This document shows positions 11,075 through 23,869 of a stretch of 64,000 nt of DNA, piece after piece. The stretch spans positions 21,057,309 through 21,121,308 of the forward strand of contig NC_092379.1 in the NCBI RefSeq assembly GCF_030028105.1, given 5' to 3'. The notes beneath the pieces were generated by a model. The model made no database searches and was not told the origin of the DNA. It saw only the letters and a list, made by a program, of their open reading frames with translations. This DNA comes from Mobula birostris (Eukaryota). Both the position numbers and the translations under genes were made by a program. Each line of letters begins with the position of its first letter. The first letter of the stretch is position 1.

Positions 11075-14000
11075 GTTTGAGAAGCTAAAAATAGAAGTAT
11101 CAGTATTACAGTGGAATAAAGGGAATAACAGAGGCAAGAGAGAGGAGCTGGCCAAAGTTAATTGGAAGGGGACATTAGCCGGGGTGATGGCAGAACAGCC
11201 ATAGCTGGAATTTCTGGGAGCAATTTGGAAGGCGCAGAAGGATACATCACAAAGATGAAGCATATTCTAAAGGGATGATAAGACAACCATGGCTGACAAG
11301 GGAAATCAAAGACAGCATAAAAGGAAAAGAGAGGGCATATAATATGGCAAAAATCAGTGGGAATTTGGAGGACTGGGAAGCATTTAAAAAACAACAGAAG
11401 GCAACTAAAAAATCCACAAAGGAGGAAATATGAAGCCAAGCCAGCCAATAATATAAAGTGGATACAAAAAGTGTTTTTTCAGATACTGAAATGGCAAATG
11501 AGAGACAAGAGTGGATATCAACTCACTGGAAAATTACACTAGAGAAGTAGTAATGAGGGACAAAGAAATAGTGGATGAACATAATAAGTATTTTGTGCCA
11601 ATCTTCACTGCGAAAGGCAATAGCAGCATGCCAGAAATGTGAGTGCCGGGGGCAGAATTGAGTGCAGCTGGTCTTAATAAGGAGAAGGAGCTTGGGAAGC
11701 TGAAAGATCTGAAGATAGGTAAGTTGCCTGGATTACACCCCAGGCTTCTGAATGAGGTGGCTAAAGAAATTGTGGAGGCATTAGAAAAGATTTTTAAAGA
11801 ACCACTAAATTCTGAAATGGTTCTAAAGGACTGGAAAATTGCAAATGTCACTTCACTCTTTAAGAAGGGATAAAGGCAGAAGGAAGGATATTATAGGCCA
11901 GTTAACTGACGTATGGTTGAAAAGATGTTGGAGTCTTTTATTAATCACGTTTGTATGAGGTTTCAGGGTACTTGGAACCACATGATAAAATAGGCCAAAG
12001 TCAGTATGGGTTCCTTAAGGGGAAATCTTACCTGACAACTCTTGTCACTATTCTTTGAGGAATTAACAGGCAGGAAAGCCAAAGGTGGAACAGTGGCTGT
12101 TGTGTATTTGGATTTTCAGAATGCCTTTGACAAGGTGTCAAACATGAGGCTCCTTAACAAGATAAGAGCCCATGGTATTACAGGAAAGTTACTGGCATGG
12201 ACAGGTGATTGGCTGACTGGCAGAAGGGAAAGAGTGGGAATAAAGGAACCTTTTCTGGATGGCTGCCGGAGATTGTACCACAGGTGTTATGCTTTGTAAG
12301 TTCAAAACATTGAACTAATTCAAAGGAAGAAACTGGAGTCTGAAATGTAAGTCTTAATTCATTCTTTAATTTAAGTAAGGTGCATATGTATCACGTGGTA
12401 GTATGATGTATGGAATTCATGTATTTATATGTATAACCCATAATGACTTAATTAAACAAACAAGAATGCTTAATCAAACAATATGTATACAAGATTATTC
12501 AAATATTACTGAAATATGAAATACACTGCACTCCTCCTTGCTTAGCTATAAACTTAACAAAGAATGCATCTCAACTATATACACAGTATACCATATAATA
12601 CAACACTATATACAGACATCCATAACATAGACAATTTTAAATTGTGCCATTCAGGCCTAAAGATTTAAACACTGGAGAATTTCTTACTCCTATGAGGTAA
12701 CATCTTTTGTGACAAGGGAGGTCACTCTGCTTGGCAAGTGAAATTTGTTGCTGTGAAACAATCTCAAGTTTTGACTCTCCTCCATGTCATCTACCTCTTT
12801 CTTTTCATTTTTCTTCTTTCTAGGATATGAAGGTGTATTTAGTTCACTGGAGTATTCTCGTATTAATATTTCTATAGCTCCATTTACAACCTGATCATTC
12901 CTCTTGGTTTCCTCATCCACAACATCACCTGATGAATCCTTTGTATTCATTTCTCCTTTGACTCCTTTCTTTTTGTCCAGCTGTGCTTTGGGCTTTGGGC
13001 TTTGCATCTACTTTTACAAGCAACTTTTTGTCACTTGGAGTTCTTGCAATGACCTTAATGAACTCAGAACGGATTCTGGCTCTTTTACTCACAAAAGCCA
13101 AATGCTTGCAACTTCTCTGAAACTCCGTGAACTATCTTCCATTTTATAAACATGCCACATTTCACAAGTGGCTGCCTAATTAACATATCAAAAGCTTTCT
13201 CAGATACGTTGTCTATGAACACTGTTGTAGTTGGACCACTGCTTTCTTTACTTTTATGATTCCTCTAAGCAGCATGGTCCTTCCTTGGTCCAATATGTTT
13301 TCCAACCAGAGACACAGAGGTAGGCACCAACACCTGTTTGTTCTTTGTTGGGCAATGATTCATAATGTTTACCATTGAGACAATTGTGGTATCATCCAGT
13401 ACCTTTCTCAATTCTCCTTCAGATTGCTTCATTGCAGGTGATGTGTTATGCAGATTGTGGATGGATCTCCAGTCAAGTTGTAGTTGGCTCAGCCAGTCAT
13501 GTCCCCACAATGCTGATACTCTGGTTTTTACCACATACAAGCTCAATGTGGGTTGTTGCATGTTGTTTTTCAGTGTTTGGAATGTCATTCCCACAGGAGT
13601 TATCTTTTCTGCAGTATAAGTTCTCAGTTGGATATCTGCAGGCTTCAGTTTAGTATCTGATATGTCACTCGAGCTTATTTTATGGAATGATTAAAACAGC
13701 CGACCCAGTGTCCAAGTCCATTTTGATTCATTTGCTGCACATTTTTGTTGCAAGCCATATTGTATGTCTGTTGCTAGTTTTCACATTGTAAATCTCAAAG
13801 CTACACTGTAACTTGAATTCTTAGCTTTTTTCTTCCCATGCAGATCCATTTGTTTTTGTCTGCCTGACATCCTCTTTGTATATGTCCTACTTTGTTGCAT
13901 GTTCTGCAAGCTTCATCTTTAAACCTGCATTGGCCTGGTGTACGTGAGCCCCTGTCACAATGGTAACACAATTTTTTTCAACCAGGCCAGTTTCCGTTTA

Positions 14001-15560
14001 GATGCTGCAATATTGTTCATGCTCACTTTCATTGCTGACTGCAACTCAATTACGTCTCTGTCTGCGGCTTCCAAGGAAACAGCAATCTCAATGCTCTTTT
14101 AAATGTAAGCTGTGTTTCACTTAGAAGCCATTTTTGAATGCTTGTAAGATTCCACAAACTAAGCGTCTTTGAACTGACAATGGTCAGGCAATCTCTTCAA
14201 TTCAGCCACGTGCACTGAAATGGACTCCCATTCTTTTTGATTCTGCTTAAGAAACCTGAAGCATTCTGCAGTCAACAATGGCTTTAGCTCTAAATGTCGC
14301 TCCATTTCTTTGACAATATCAGCAAAGCTCATTTCTCCTGGTTTGGTTCAAGCAGTCAGACTTCAAAGGAAACTCTCTGCCTTTAAACACAATGCACTTA
14401 GCAAAATTGGTACTTGTTTCTCATTGGCTGTTTCATTTGCTTCAAAATGTTGTTGAATTAGCTCAGAATACATATTCCAGTTATCTTTTGTATAATCCAA
14501 TGTATCTGATTTTTGCATAGTTGGGAAATGAAGGGTTATAGGGGAAAGGCAGGTAGGTGGAGATGAGTCCATAGCCTGATCAGCCATGATCTTATTGAAT
14601 GGTGGAGCAGGTTCGATGGGCCAGATAGCCTACTCCTGCTCCTATTTGTTATGTTCTTATGTCTATCTTTCCGATATAGCTCGCCACTTCTGCTCTTTTG
14701 ATTCATGATTATTATCACCCAGTACTCACTTTTTGTAAACTCGTGAATTCTTCTGTTTTCTTACTTTTTATTTAATTTGATCATGTGTTCCCTACCACAG
14801 AACACGTGCTGAGTTGCTTTTATTCTTAACTCGTCGGTCTCTGCAAATGCTGGGCTGCATTTTTTTTGCTGAATGCACTTTTTTTAGTTTGAACGTTCCG
14901 CTGCCCTGCAACAGCTTGATTGCCACCTCAGGTTAGTTTTAAAAATACTTGATAGCCACTGTTATGTTTTGTAACTTCGAAACATTAAACTAATTCAAAG
15001 GAAGACATGGGAGTCAGAAATGTGAATCTTAGTTTGTTCTTTACATTAACTGAGTTGTGCACGTAGCAATGGCAGCGTGTTGACATATGGAATTCACATA
15101 TTTATACATATAACCTATAATGACTTATTTAAATGAACAAGAATGCTTAGACAAAATTATTCAAATATTTCTGAAATATTAAATACACAATAGCAAGGGT
15201 TGGTGTTGGGATCACATCCATTCATGTTAATTGCCAATAATTAATTGAATGAAGGAATTGACGGCTTTGTGGCCAAGTTTTCAGATGATAAGAAGATGTG
15301 TGGAGTAGCAGATAGTGTTGAGGAAGCAGGGTTTCTGCAGAAGGACTTGGATTGGAAGAATGGGCAAAGAAGTGTCTGTTGGAATATAGTTCAGGGAAGT
15401 GCATGATCATGCACTTTGGCAGAAGGAACAAAAGCATGGACTATTTTCTAAATGAGGAGGGAATTCAAAACTCAGAGGTGCAAAGGGATTTTGGAGTCCT
15501 CATGCAGGATTCCCTAAAGGTTAACCTGCAGTTTGAGTCAGCGGTAAGGACGCCAAACGC
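11075..15560 (+). mobile_element. Decayed CR1 ORF2, split into 11075-12284 and 15190-15560 by a Gypsy insertion
   Basis: PGLHPRLLNEVAKEIVEAL..WKIANVTSLFKKG and VVYLDFQNAFDKV lie left of the insertion. The FSDD-like motif and EEWAKKCLLEY..KCMIMHFGRRN continue to the right. Confidence 0.8.
12285..15189 (-). mobile_element. Internally deleted Gypsy-like LTR retrotransposon with two diverged LTRs of about 230-240 bp
   Basis: Direct repeats 12285-~12527 and 14960-15189 (both start TGTTATG). A reverse-complement polypurine tract (CTCCTCCTTGC) lies next to the left LTR and a PBS-like TGGCTATCA next to the right LTR. Gag remnant QQHFEANETANEKQVPILLSAL and protease-region remnant LSLYVVKTRVSALWGHDWLSQLQLDW are present. 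RT/RNaseH/integrase are largely missing. Confidence 0.75.
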
Positions 15561-17099
15561 TCAACCCACTAAATTCCTCCAGTAGATTGTGTGCAGCTCC
15601 AGATCCCAGTATCTGCAGACTCGAGTGTCTAGATTGAAGCCAATTTGACCAGAAGCATTTGTTACCTTGCAGTGATAAACTGTAAACACTGGGCATCACA
15701 GGAACACCTCCAAATATTCAGGCTTCAGTCAAGCTGACTCTTGTAATACTAACCGACTCACTGGGTGTCAGTGTATCAGTCAGACAGAAAGGGTGGGGAT
15801 GTGGGTGAATTCCAGAGCATCAGGAGTTTCTGAGTCTGCAGGTGCTCGTCAGATGAAATCACTACATTGGAATTCGCCTTCCTTCCACATCCTAAATGCA
15901 TACTTGTTGGTAGGTTAACTGGCCACGGTAAATTGGACTGGCATTTGTAACGTCAGAGAGTCAAGGGACATGGAAATAGGCCCTTCGGCCCAACTCATCC
16001 ATGCTGGCCATGATGCCCATCCAAGCTAGTCACCTTGCCAGCATTTTGTGGGAACTTTTCCTCTCCATGGCTCTCTTCATTTTATGCATCTCCATAAAAT
16101 CATCGCTCAATGTCCTACAAGTCAGAGTTTTTAACTAGAACTGAGGAAGTTAGAGATTGTTAGAAATTTGATAAACAAGTACAGTAGCAGGAGAACATCC
16201 CACCTCACTTTACATTTACTCTCCACAGTGACCGTATATTATGTAATTTGTATATTTACTCCAAGGAAAGTTCTAGTCCAGCCAAACTGTTCCTTTAACT
16301 CAAGTCATGGCAACATGGTTCATTGCACAACACCTAATCAATAACAGCTGATCCCCTGGAGGGCTGAAGCACAAGCTGCTCTAAAAATCCATCTCATAGG
16401 CATTCCACAATTTCACTCTCTTTGAATATAAAATCAGCAACAAATCTGATTTTCCTTATCTACCTGCATATTGAAATCCTCCATGACTATCATAATTTGC
16501 TCTTTTGACTTGTGTTTTCTACCTCCCATCGTAATTTGTAGCTCACATCCTGGCTGCTATTTGGAGGCCTATATATAACTCCCTTCAGGGACTTTTTTCC
16601 CTTGCAGTTCCTTAACTCTACCCACAACGATTCTATATCTTCCGTGCCACTCCTCTGCCTACTTACCTTTCCCCTTGATACAATGTGTATCCTTGGATAT
16701 TAAGCTCCCAACTATAATCTTCTTTTATCCAGAAATATGAAATCTTGCCCCCTGTACCAGTTTCTCCGCCATCCTTTCAGCTGCCAACTCATCCTATTTT
16801 TATCCTCACAGGAACATGGCACAGGCAGCAATCCAAAGCTTACTGCACTGGAGGTCCTGTTCTCGGCTTTCTACTTGATCTCCAATGCCCGTCTATTCCA
16901 CAACCCCCCCCAAGACCCTATCATTCTCTGTGGAAGTCCTACCATGTTTTAACTTCCAATAGAATTACACCTTGAACTTCCCTGAATAGAACTCCATTTG
17001 CCACTCTTCAGTCCACTTATTCAGCTGAACAAGATTTCACTGTAATTTTGATCACCTTTGCTCTTGACTTCGCTGCTTATTCTTCAGTGAGCTGCAATC

Positions 17100-18150
17100 A
17101 GCGTGAGAGGTCGTTCACTGATGATACAGCGCACAGTTTAAAAAGAGCTTGGGTGTTTTCGGGATGTTCTGAGTAAGTTGTTAGTAAATTTATTTTTTAT
17201 GTTAGTACACAGCTAGTGCTCTGATAATGGGTCCAGAGTTAGTGATATGTTCCTTTTGTGAGATGTGGGAACTTTGGGAAACTCCTGTGACATTGAGAAC
17301 TACATCAGCACGAAGTGCACTGAGCTGTAACTCCTGCGAGGAATAGTGTCAAGGAACTGGAACTGCAACTCGATGACCTTCGGTTCATACGGGAAAATCA
17401 GGAAGTGATAGATAAAAGCCACAGGGAGGTAGTCACCCTTAAATTGCAGGAGGTTGGTACCTGGGTAACTGTCAGGAGAGGGGAAGGGAATAGGTAGCCA
17501 GTTCAGAGTACATCTGTGGACATTCACCTCGATAATAAGTATATCGCTTTGGATACAGTTGGAGGGGATAACTTACCAAGGGGTAGCCACAGCAAGATGT
17601 TCTCTGGCACTGAGTCTGTCCCAATGGCTCAGATGGGAAGGTGGGGGTGTGGAAGAGGAGCACAACAGTGATAGGGGATTCCATAATCAGAGGAGCAGGC
17701 TGCAGATTCTATGGATGTGAAAGAGACACCCATATGGTGGGTTGCTTCACAGGTTCCAGGGTCAGGGATGTCTCGGATCAGGTTGACAGCATTCTAAAGG
17801 GGGAAGGTGAACAGCTGCAAGAGGTAGAAAAAGGGAGGAGGTCCTGAAGAGAGAATATCAGGAGTAAGATGGATAGCTGAAGAACCGGACCTCCAGTGTA
17901 GTAATCATTAAATTGCTGCTTCTGCCATGCACCAGTGAGGTTAAGAATAAGATGACTTGGCAGTTGATTGTGTGGCTGAAGAATCCGTGCAAGGGGCAGG
18001 TTCTCAGATTTCTGGAACATTGTGATCTCTTCTGGGGAATGTATGACCTATACAAAAAGGACAGGTTACACCTGAACCCAAGGGGGACCAATATTCTTAC
18101 TGGCAGGTTTGCTAGAGCTATTTGCGAGGATTAAAACTATTTTGGCAGGG
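17100..18150 (+). mobile_element. CR1 ORF1 (CxxC plus SGNH/GDSL esterase), decayed
   Basis: TTVIGDSIIRGAGCRFYGCERDTHMVGCFTGSRVRDVSD and KDRLHLNPRGTNILTGRF are CR1 ORF1 esterase motifs. A minus-strand esterase/endonuclease piece lies at about 16460-17050. Confidence 0.75.
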
Positions 18151-18489
18151 GTTTATGGGAACCAGAGTGATAGGGCTGAGTGATAGTCACTGGTTTTCTT
18201 CCAGAAGATCAGTAGAGCTACTAGGATTTGATGTTTCAATCCCTATGGTAAGTCGGCACTCTCGATGTTGGCAGTGGGCTTGGAGTGGTGACAAGGAGGG
18301 AGGGTAGGTACATCATCAGGGTCATCAGGTGGGCACCCTCCTGCTTTGACGTTTCGTTGATAAGCCCACGATGTCTCTAGAGGGCTCAACGGTGCTACCT
18401 GGCATCCGAGTTACACCCCCCTCAGTTCCATACCCTCCTGTCTTCATCTTGCAGCCCAGTTGTTGTCTTTCCTTTTAATCCAAATCCAA

Positions 18490-20825
18490 TTGCTGCTTTC
18501 TTCTGCTGAGTTTGACAGTAATCACAATTCTATCTCCTTTACCATTGCATTGGAGAGGGATAGGAACAGTCAAGTTAGGAAAGCGTTTATTTGGATTAAG
18601 GGGAAATATGAGGCTATCAGGCAGGTACTTGGAAGCATAAATTGGGAACAGATGTTTTCAGGGAAATGTACGGCAGAAATGTGGCAAATGTTCAGGGAAT
18701 ATTTGTGTGATGTTCTGCATTGGTACATTACAATGAGATGGAAAGGATGGTAAGGTACTGGAGCCGTGGTGTTCAAAAGGCTGTTGTAAATCTAGTCAAG
18801 AAGAAAAGGAAAGTTTACAAAAGGTTCAAAAAGCTAGCTATTGATGGAGATCTAGAAGGTTATGAGGCTAGCAGGAAGGAGCTTAAGAATGAAATTAGAG
18901 CCAGAAGGGACCATGAGAGGGCCTTGGCAACAAGATTAAGGAAAATCCCAAGGCTTTCTACAAGTATGTGAAGAGCAAGAGGATAAGATGTGACAGAATA
19001 GGACCAATCAAGTGTGACGGTGGAAAAGTGTATGGAACCAGAGGAAATAGTAGAGGTACTTAATGAATACTTTGCTTCAGTATTCACTACGGAAAAGGTT
19101 CTTGGAGATTGTATGGATGACTTACAGCAGTCTGAAAAGCTTGAGCATATAGATATGATGAAAGAGAAGATGCTGGGACTTTTGGAAAGCATAAAGTTGG
19201 ATAAGTCATCGGGACTGGATGAGATGCACCCCAGGCTACTGTGGGAGGTAAAGGAGGAGATTGATGAGCTCCTGGTGATGATTTTTGCATCATCAATGGG
19301 GATGGGAGAGGATCTGGAGGATTGGAGTGTTGCAGATGTTGTTCCCCTATTCAAGAAAGGGAGTAGAGATAGCTCAGGAAATTAACTCCCGTTGATGACG
19401 GCACACCTGGGTTCCATCAAGAACTGCAGTATAAGAATCTCAGCATCACAACCACTTGTTGCCAGTTCGTTGGTCTTTTTCCTGTGTGATAGCTATGTTT
19501 CCGGGCCGCTTAGAATCATTTGTTCTAAGTTTTACTCCAGTTTCAAGGTTTACCTGTGATGCTCCATGTCGAGGCTCTGTGCGAAGTTCCCTCCTATTTG
19601 CTGTTCAACGTTCAAGTCCGTGTAAAAATCCTAACTCAATCTCCGTGCTTGTGTCCTGCACTTGGGTTCGCTTCAGTCACTCATTGCAACAGTATATGGA
19701 TTTCAGCAAGGCATTTGATTAGATACCCCATGCAAGACTTATCGAGAAAGTAAGGAGGCATGGAATCCAAGGAGACATTGCTTTTTGGATTCAGAATTGG
19801 CTTGCCTACAGAAGGCAAAGAGTGGTTGTAGACGGGTCATATTCTGCATGAAGGTCGGTGACCAGTGGTGTGCCTCAGGTATCTGTTCTGGAACCGTTCT
19901 CTTTGTGATTTTTTTAAATGACCTGGATAAGGAAGTGGAGGGATGGGTGAGTAAATTTGCTGATGACACAAAGGTTGGGGATGTTGTGGATAGTGTGGAG
20001 GGCTGTCAGAGGTTACAGCGAAACATCGGTAGGAAGCAAAACTGGGCTGAGAAGAGGCAGATGCAGTTCAACCCAGATAAGTGTGAGGTGGTTCATTTTG
20101 GTAGGTCAAATGATGGCAGAATATAATATTAATGGTAAGACTCTTGGCAGTGTGGAGGATCAGAGGGATCTGATCCATAGGACACTCAAAGCAGTAGTGC
20201 AGCTTGACTCTGTGGTTAAGAAGGTATACAGTGCATTGGACTTCATCAACCACAGGATTGAGTTTAAGAGCCGAGAGGTATATAGGACCCTGGTCAGACC
20301 GTGCTCAGTTCTGGGTACCTCACTATAAGAAGGAAACTATTGAAAGGGTGCAGAGGAGATTTACAAGGATGTTGCCTAGATTGAGGAGTATGCCGTATGA
20401 GAATAGGTTGAATGAACTCGGCCTTTCCTACTTGGAGCAAAGGAGGATGAGAGATGACCTGATGGAGGTGCATAAAATAATGGGAGGCATTGATCTTGAG
20501 GATAGTCAGAAGCTTTTTTCCCAGGGCTGAAATGGCTAACACTAGAAGGCACAGTTTTAAGGTGCTTCGAAGCAGGTACAGAGGAGACGTCAGGTTTAAG
20601 TTTTTTTTATGCAGAGAGTGGTGAGTGCGTGGAATGGGCTGCCGGTGATAGTTGTGGAGGTGGATATGATGCAGTCGTTTAAGAGATTCCTGGATAGGTA
20701 CATGGAGCGCAGAAGAATAGAGGGCTATGGGTAACCCTAGGTAATTTCTAAAGTACATACATGTTTGGCACAGCATTGTGGGCTGAAAGGCCTGTATTGT
20801 GCTTAGGTTTTCTATGTTTGTATGT
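18490..20825 (+). mobile_element. CR1 ORF2 3' portion, interrupted at about 19385-19690 by an LTR-like fragment
   Basis: LNEYFASVFT, DEMHPRLLWEV, MDFSKAFD, WVSKFADDTKVG and ERVQRRFTRMLP motifs; ends in the TTTCTATGTTT tail. Confidence 0.85.
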
Positions 20826-22409
20826 TTCTAAATTACGAACTGCTTACAGGCAGTGGCAGGAATTGAACCGCAGCTCGCCTGCACTGGAAAGCATTCTGCT
20901 AACCACTACACTACCATGCCCCTCCAAATGCTGGGTCCCCCAGCCTGTCTGATGGATTCTTTGATCAAAACTTCAACTTGTGTTGGGCCCTTATCTTTTT
21001 GCAACCCAAAGTACTACAGAAGTCAAGAAGGGGCATTAATATCCATTGCTTATGACCGCTGAATACTGGTAGCAGACATTCCTTTCAAATTCCATTGCTT
21101 AAATTAACCAATAAGATAGTCCCTATTTGAACAATTTGATACCCATCACTGAAACTAGGAGTTTCCGGGAGATACACAGGCATTGCAACCCACTGAACAA
21201 TTACTAGTATATAGATAATTATTTAAAAACAAACATAAGAAAGTTAAACTACATGAAAATAACAATTATATAGTCCAATCCAACATCTGAAAGGGCAAAA
21301 TTCCCAAAATAATATGGTAGTACCATCCCAGTACCTTCCTCAGGACAGTTATTTGCTGGTATTGTGACATCTATCAATCTGTTCTTACCAGATTTGATTC
21401 AGAATTTAAAGAGACTCAAATCCAGTTCAGGTAATGATATTTTATTCAAGGTGAGCGCAAAATTCAAACAGCAAGCTACTGGGCCAAGGCTCTTACAAAA
21501 GTAAAATCACACATTTTACTGTCCAGATGCAAGAAAGAAAGGTTTAGTAGATATCTATACTTGCAGATCTCATCAGCTGACAACCTTTCAATGACACAAT
21601 TTAATGACAGATTACTGATTCTCTCTGGATACGCAAATTTGTTATCTTTGATCTTCGGGGCCTGGGAGCTTCCCGGCCAGTGATAACCCCCAGTTCCCAC
21701 AGTGATCCACAGTGATTGCAGTCTGTGTTGCTGTTTCAGTCTAAACTTGATTCACCGGGCAGCCTTTATTTTCATCAACAAACATCAACTGCAGCATGTC
21801 ACATAGGGATTCTGATCATCGATGTAATGTTGACAAGGCAGTCTGTGGCATCTTTTAGTCTCTCCTTATCTTCCACTTTATTGCTGCCTATTCACAATTA
21901 TCTGATCGCCTGAACGAGAGTCGTTAGGTTGGATTTCTGTGCTCAGATTGAGCAAACACACTTTAAGTTGCTGGTGGGAGCCTCTCAACTGCTTCAGAAC
22001 ATAAAGTGCAGGTGTACATACATTTGAACTGTTCATTCCCATTACATAATCAATAAATCAATCAGTAACAGTCAATCACCATTGCAGCCTATTTCTGACA
22101 CGTGGCAAATGCTCTAGAATGAGCAGAGGGTCTTGCTGTCTTTGCAGCTTTTGCCCTGTGATTTTCATTCATTTTGTCTCATTCTGTGTGGTAGACATGA
22201 AACTGTTGGTTGGTGCAAAGCACAACATTAGAATTGTATTTCCATATGTAAAGCAGTGTGTTTATTCTTTTTAGTAACACAGCTCCACTGGGAGGGCCCC
22301 CTGCTCAAATTAAACCTGCCTGTGAAAACTGAGAGGAAGTGTAAGGACTGAGTGTTAATGTTATCACAGGGTTTCAGACATCTATCAGCTATTAATAACA
22401 AATATTTAC

Positions 22410-22980
22410 TGAGCTTCAAGTAAACCTACAACACAGAACAGTACAGCATGGGAACAGGCCCTTCAGCCCATGATGACTGTGACAACCACAACACCAAATT
22501 AATCTAAACTGAAGTATCTGCACATAATCCATATCCTGAATGGTCATGTGCCTTTTCAAATGTATCTCAACTGTCCTATCATGCTGATTCACCACCACTC
22601 CTGCCAGTGCATTCCAGGCACCTATCACTCTGTGTGTAAAAATTACAACTCACAAATCTCCTTTGAATGTTACACCCCTCACCTTAAATCTCTGTCCTTT
22701 TGGAAATGACATTTTACCCTGGGAAAAAGTCTCTGACTGTCAACCCTATCGATAACTCTCATACTTTTATAAGCCTCTATCAGGTTGCCTCTCAGACTAT
22801 GGTCTACAGTAAACAGTCAAAGATTGTTCAACCTCTCCTTACAGCTAATATTCTCCAATCCAGGCAACATGCTCATGAACGTCTTTTACACCCTCTCCAA
22901 AACCTCCACATCCTTACAATGGAGCAACCAGAACTGAGGGTTCATGAAGTTTCACCCAGGTTAATGCAGGCATGAAAACC
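22410..22980 (-). mobile_element. Old CR1 3' fragment
   Basis: The reverse strand reads VIGAWNALAGVVV and ERV*KTFMSMLP, CR1 C-terminal motifs. Confidence 0.6.
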
Positions 22981-23869
22981 TATGCTTTAACTTGGACAAA
23001 AAGTGATCTGTACTCTCCTCTTACCCAGTCTCATGAAATTCTGCCAGCGGCGACACTGTCTCGTTGATGCTGGAATGTACTGGATTCAACTTTTGGGCTC
23101 TTTCCTGTGAAAACAGGGGTACATTTTTGACCTCTTTAGTAATACATGAATGATTTAGATGCTGAAATACACCCTGGATAGGAGGGTGATGAGAAAGTTG
23201 AAGGGTAAAGCATATTTGATAGTGTGGAGGAGAAAAGTTGTTCAGTCTTTAGGGGGATTAAAACTATTGTAAATAATCACCAATCATCCAGTTTGGATTA
23301 TTTATCCAGAGTGTGGGGAGAAAGTGGATCTCTCCCACAGAAGTGAATGTGGGGAAAGGGAACAGAAGAGGAAGTTAACCCAGATGCCCAAAGATGGAGT
23401 GACTGGAGGAATGACATAAAATAATTGGTCTGAATCTGCTTCTGTGCTGTACGTTTCATTTAACTCTGTGTAGTACCAGAGTCACGGGAGAGAAACAAAA
23501 TCTATTGAGTTTCCTTTCCTTCACCATGTTCGTCTCCCACTCTCCTTATCTCTTCCTGGGACTTTCACTCTCCTGTTCCCACCACACTCACTGCATATCC
23601 ACATCATTTCTCTCTCACTTCCTCTTTCTGTCACCCTCTCATCACTTCCTCCCCATTTCATTCTTTCCTGCTTCATGTCTCTTATCCTCTTCCTCCTTCA
23701 CTCTCCCTGTGTGTTGTCCTCTCTTTATTTTCCCTTCACTTTTCTGTCCATCACCCAATTCCAGACGCTTTCTCAGGAACTATTGTTTCCCAGTGGCAGC
23801 AGTTGGGCCCAGACCGGTCACCCACAGTCAGGTATATCAGATCGCCAGACTCAACTAGTTTCTGCCTTC

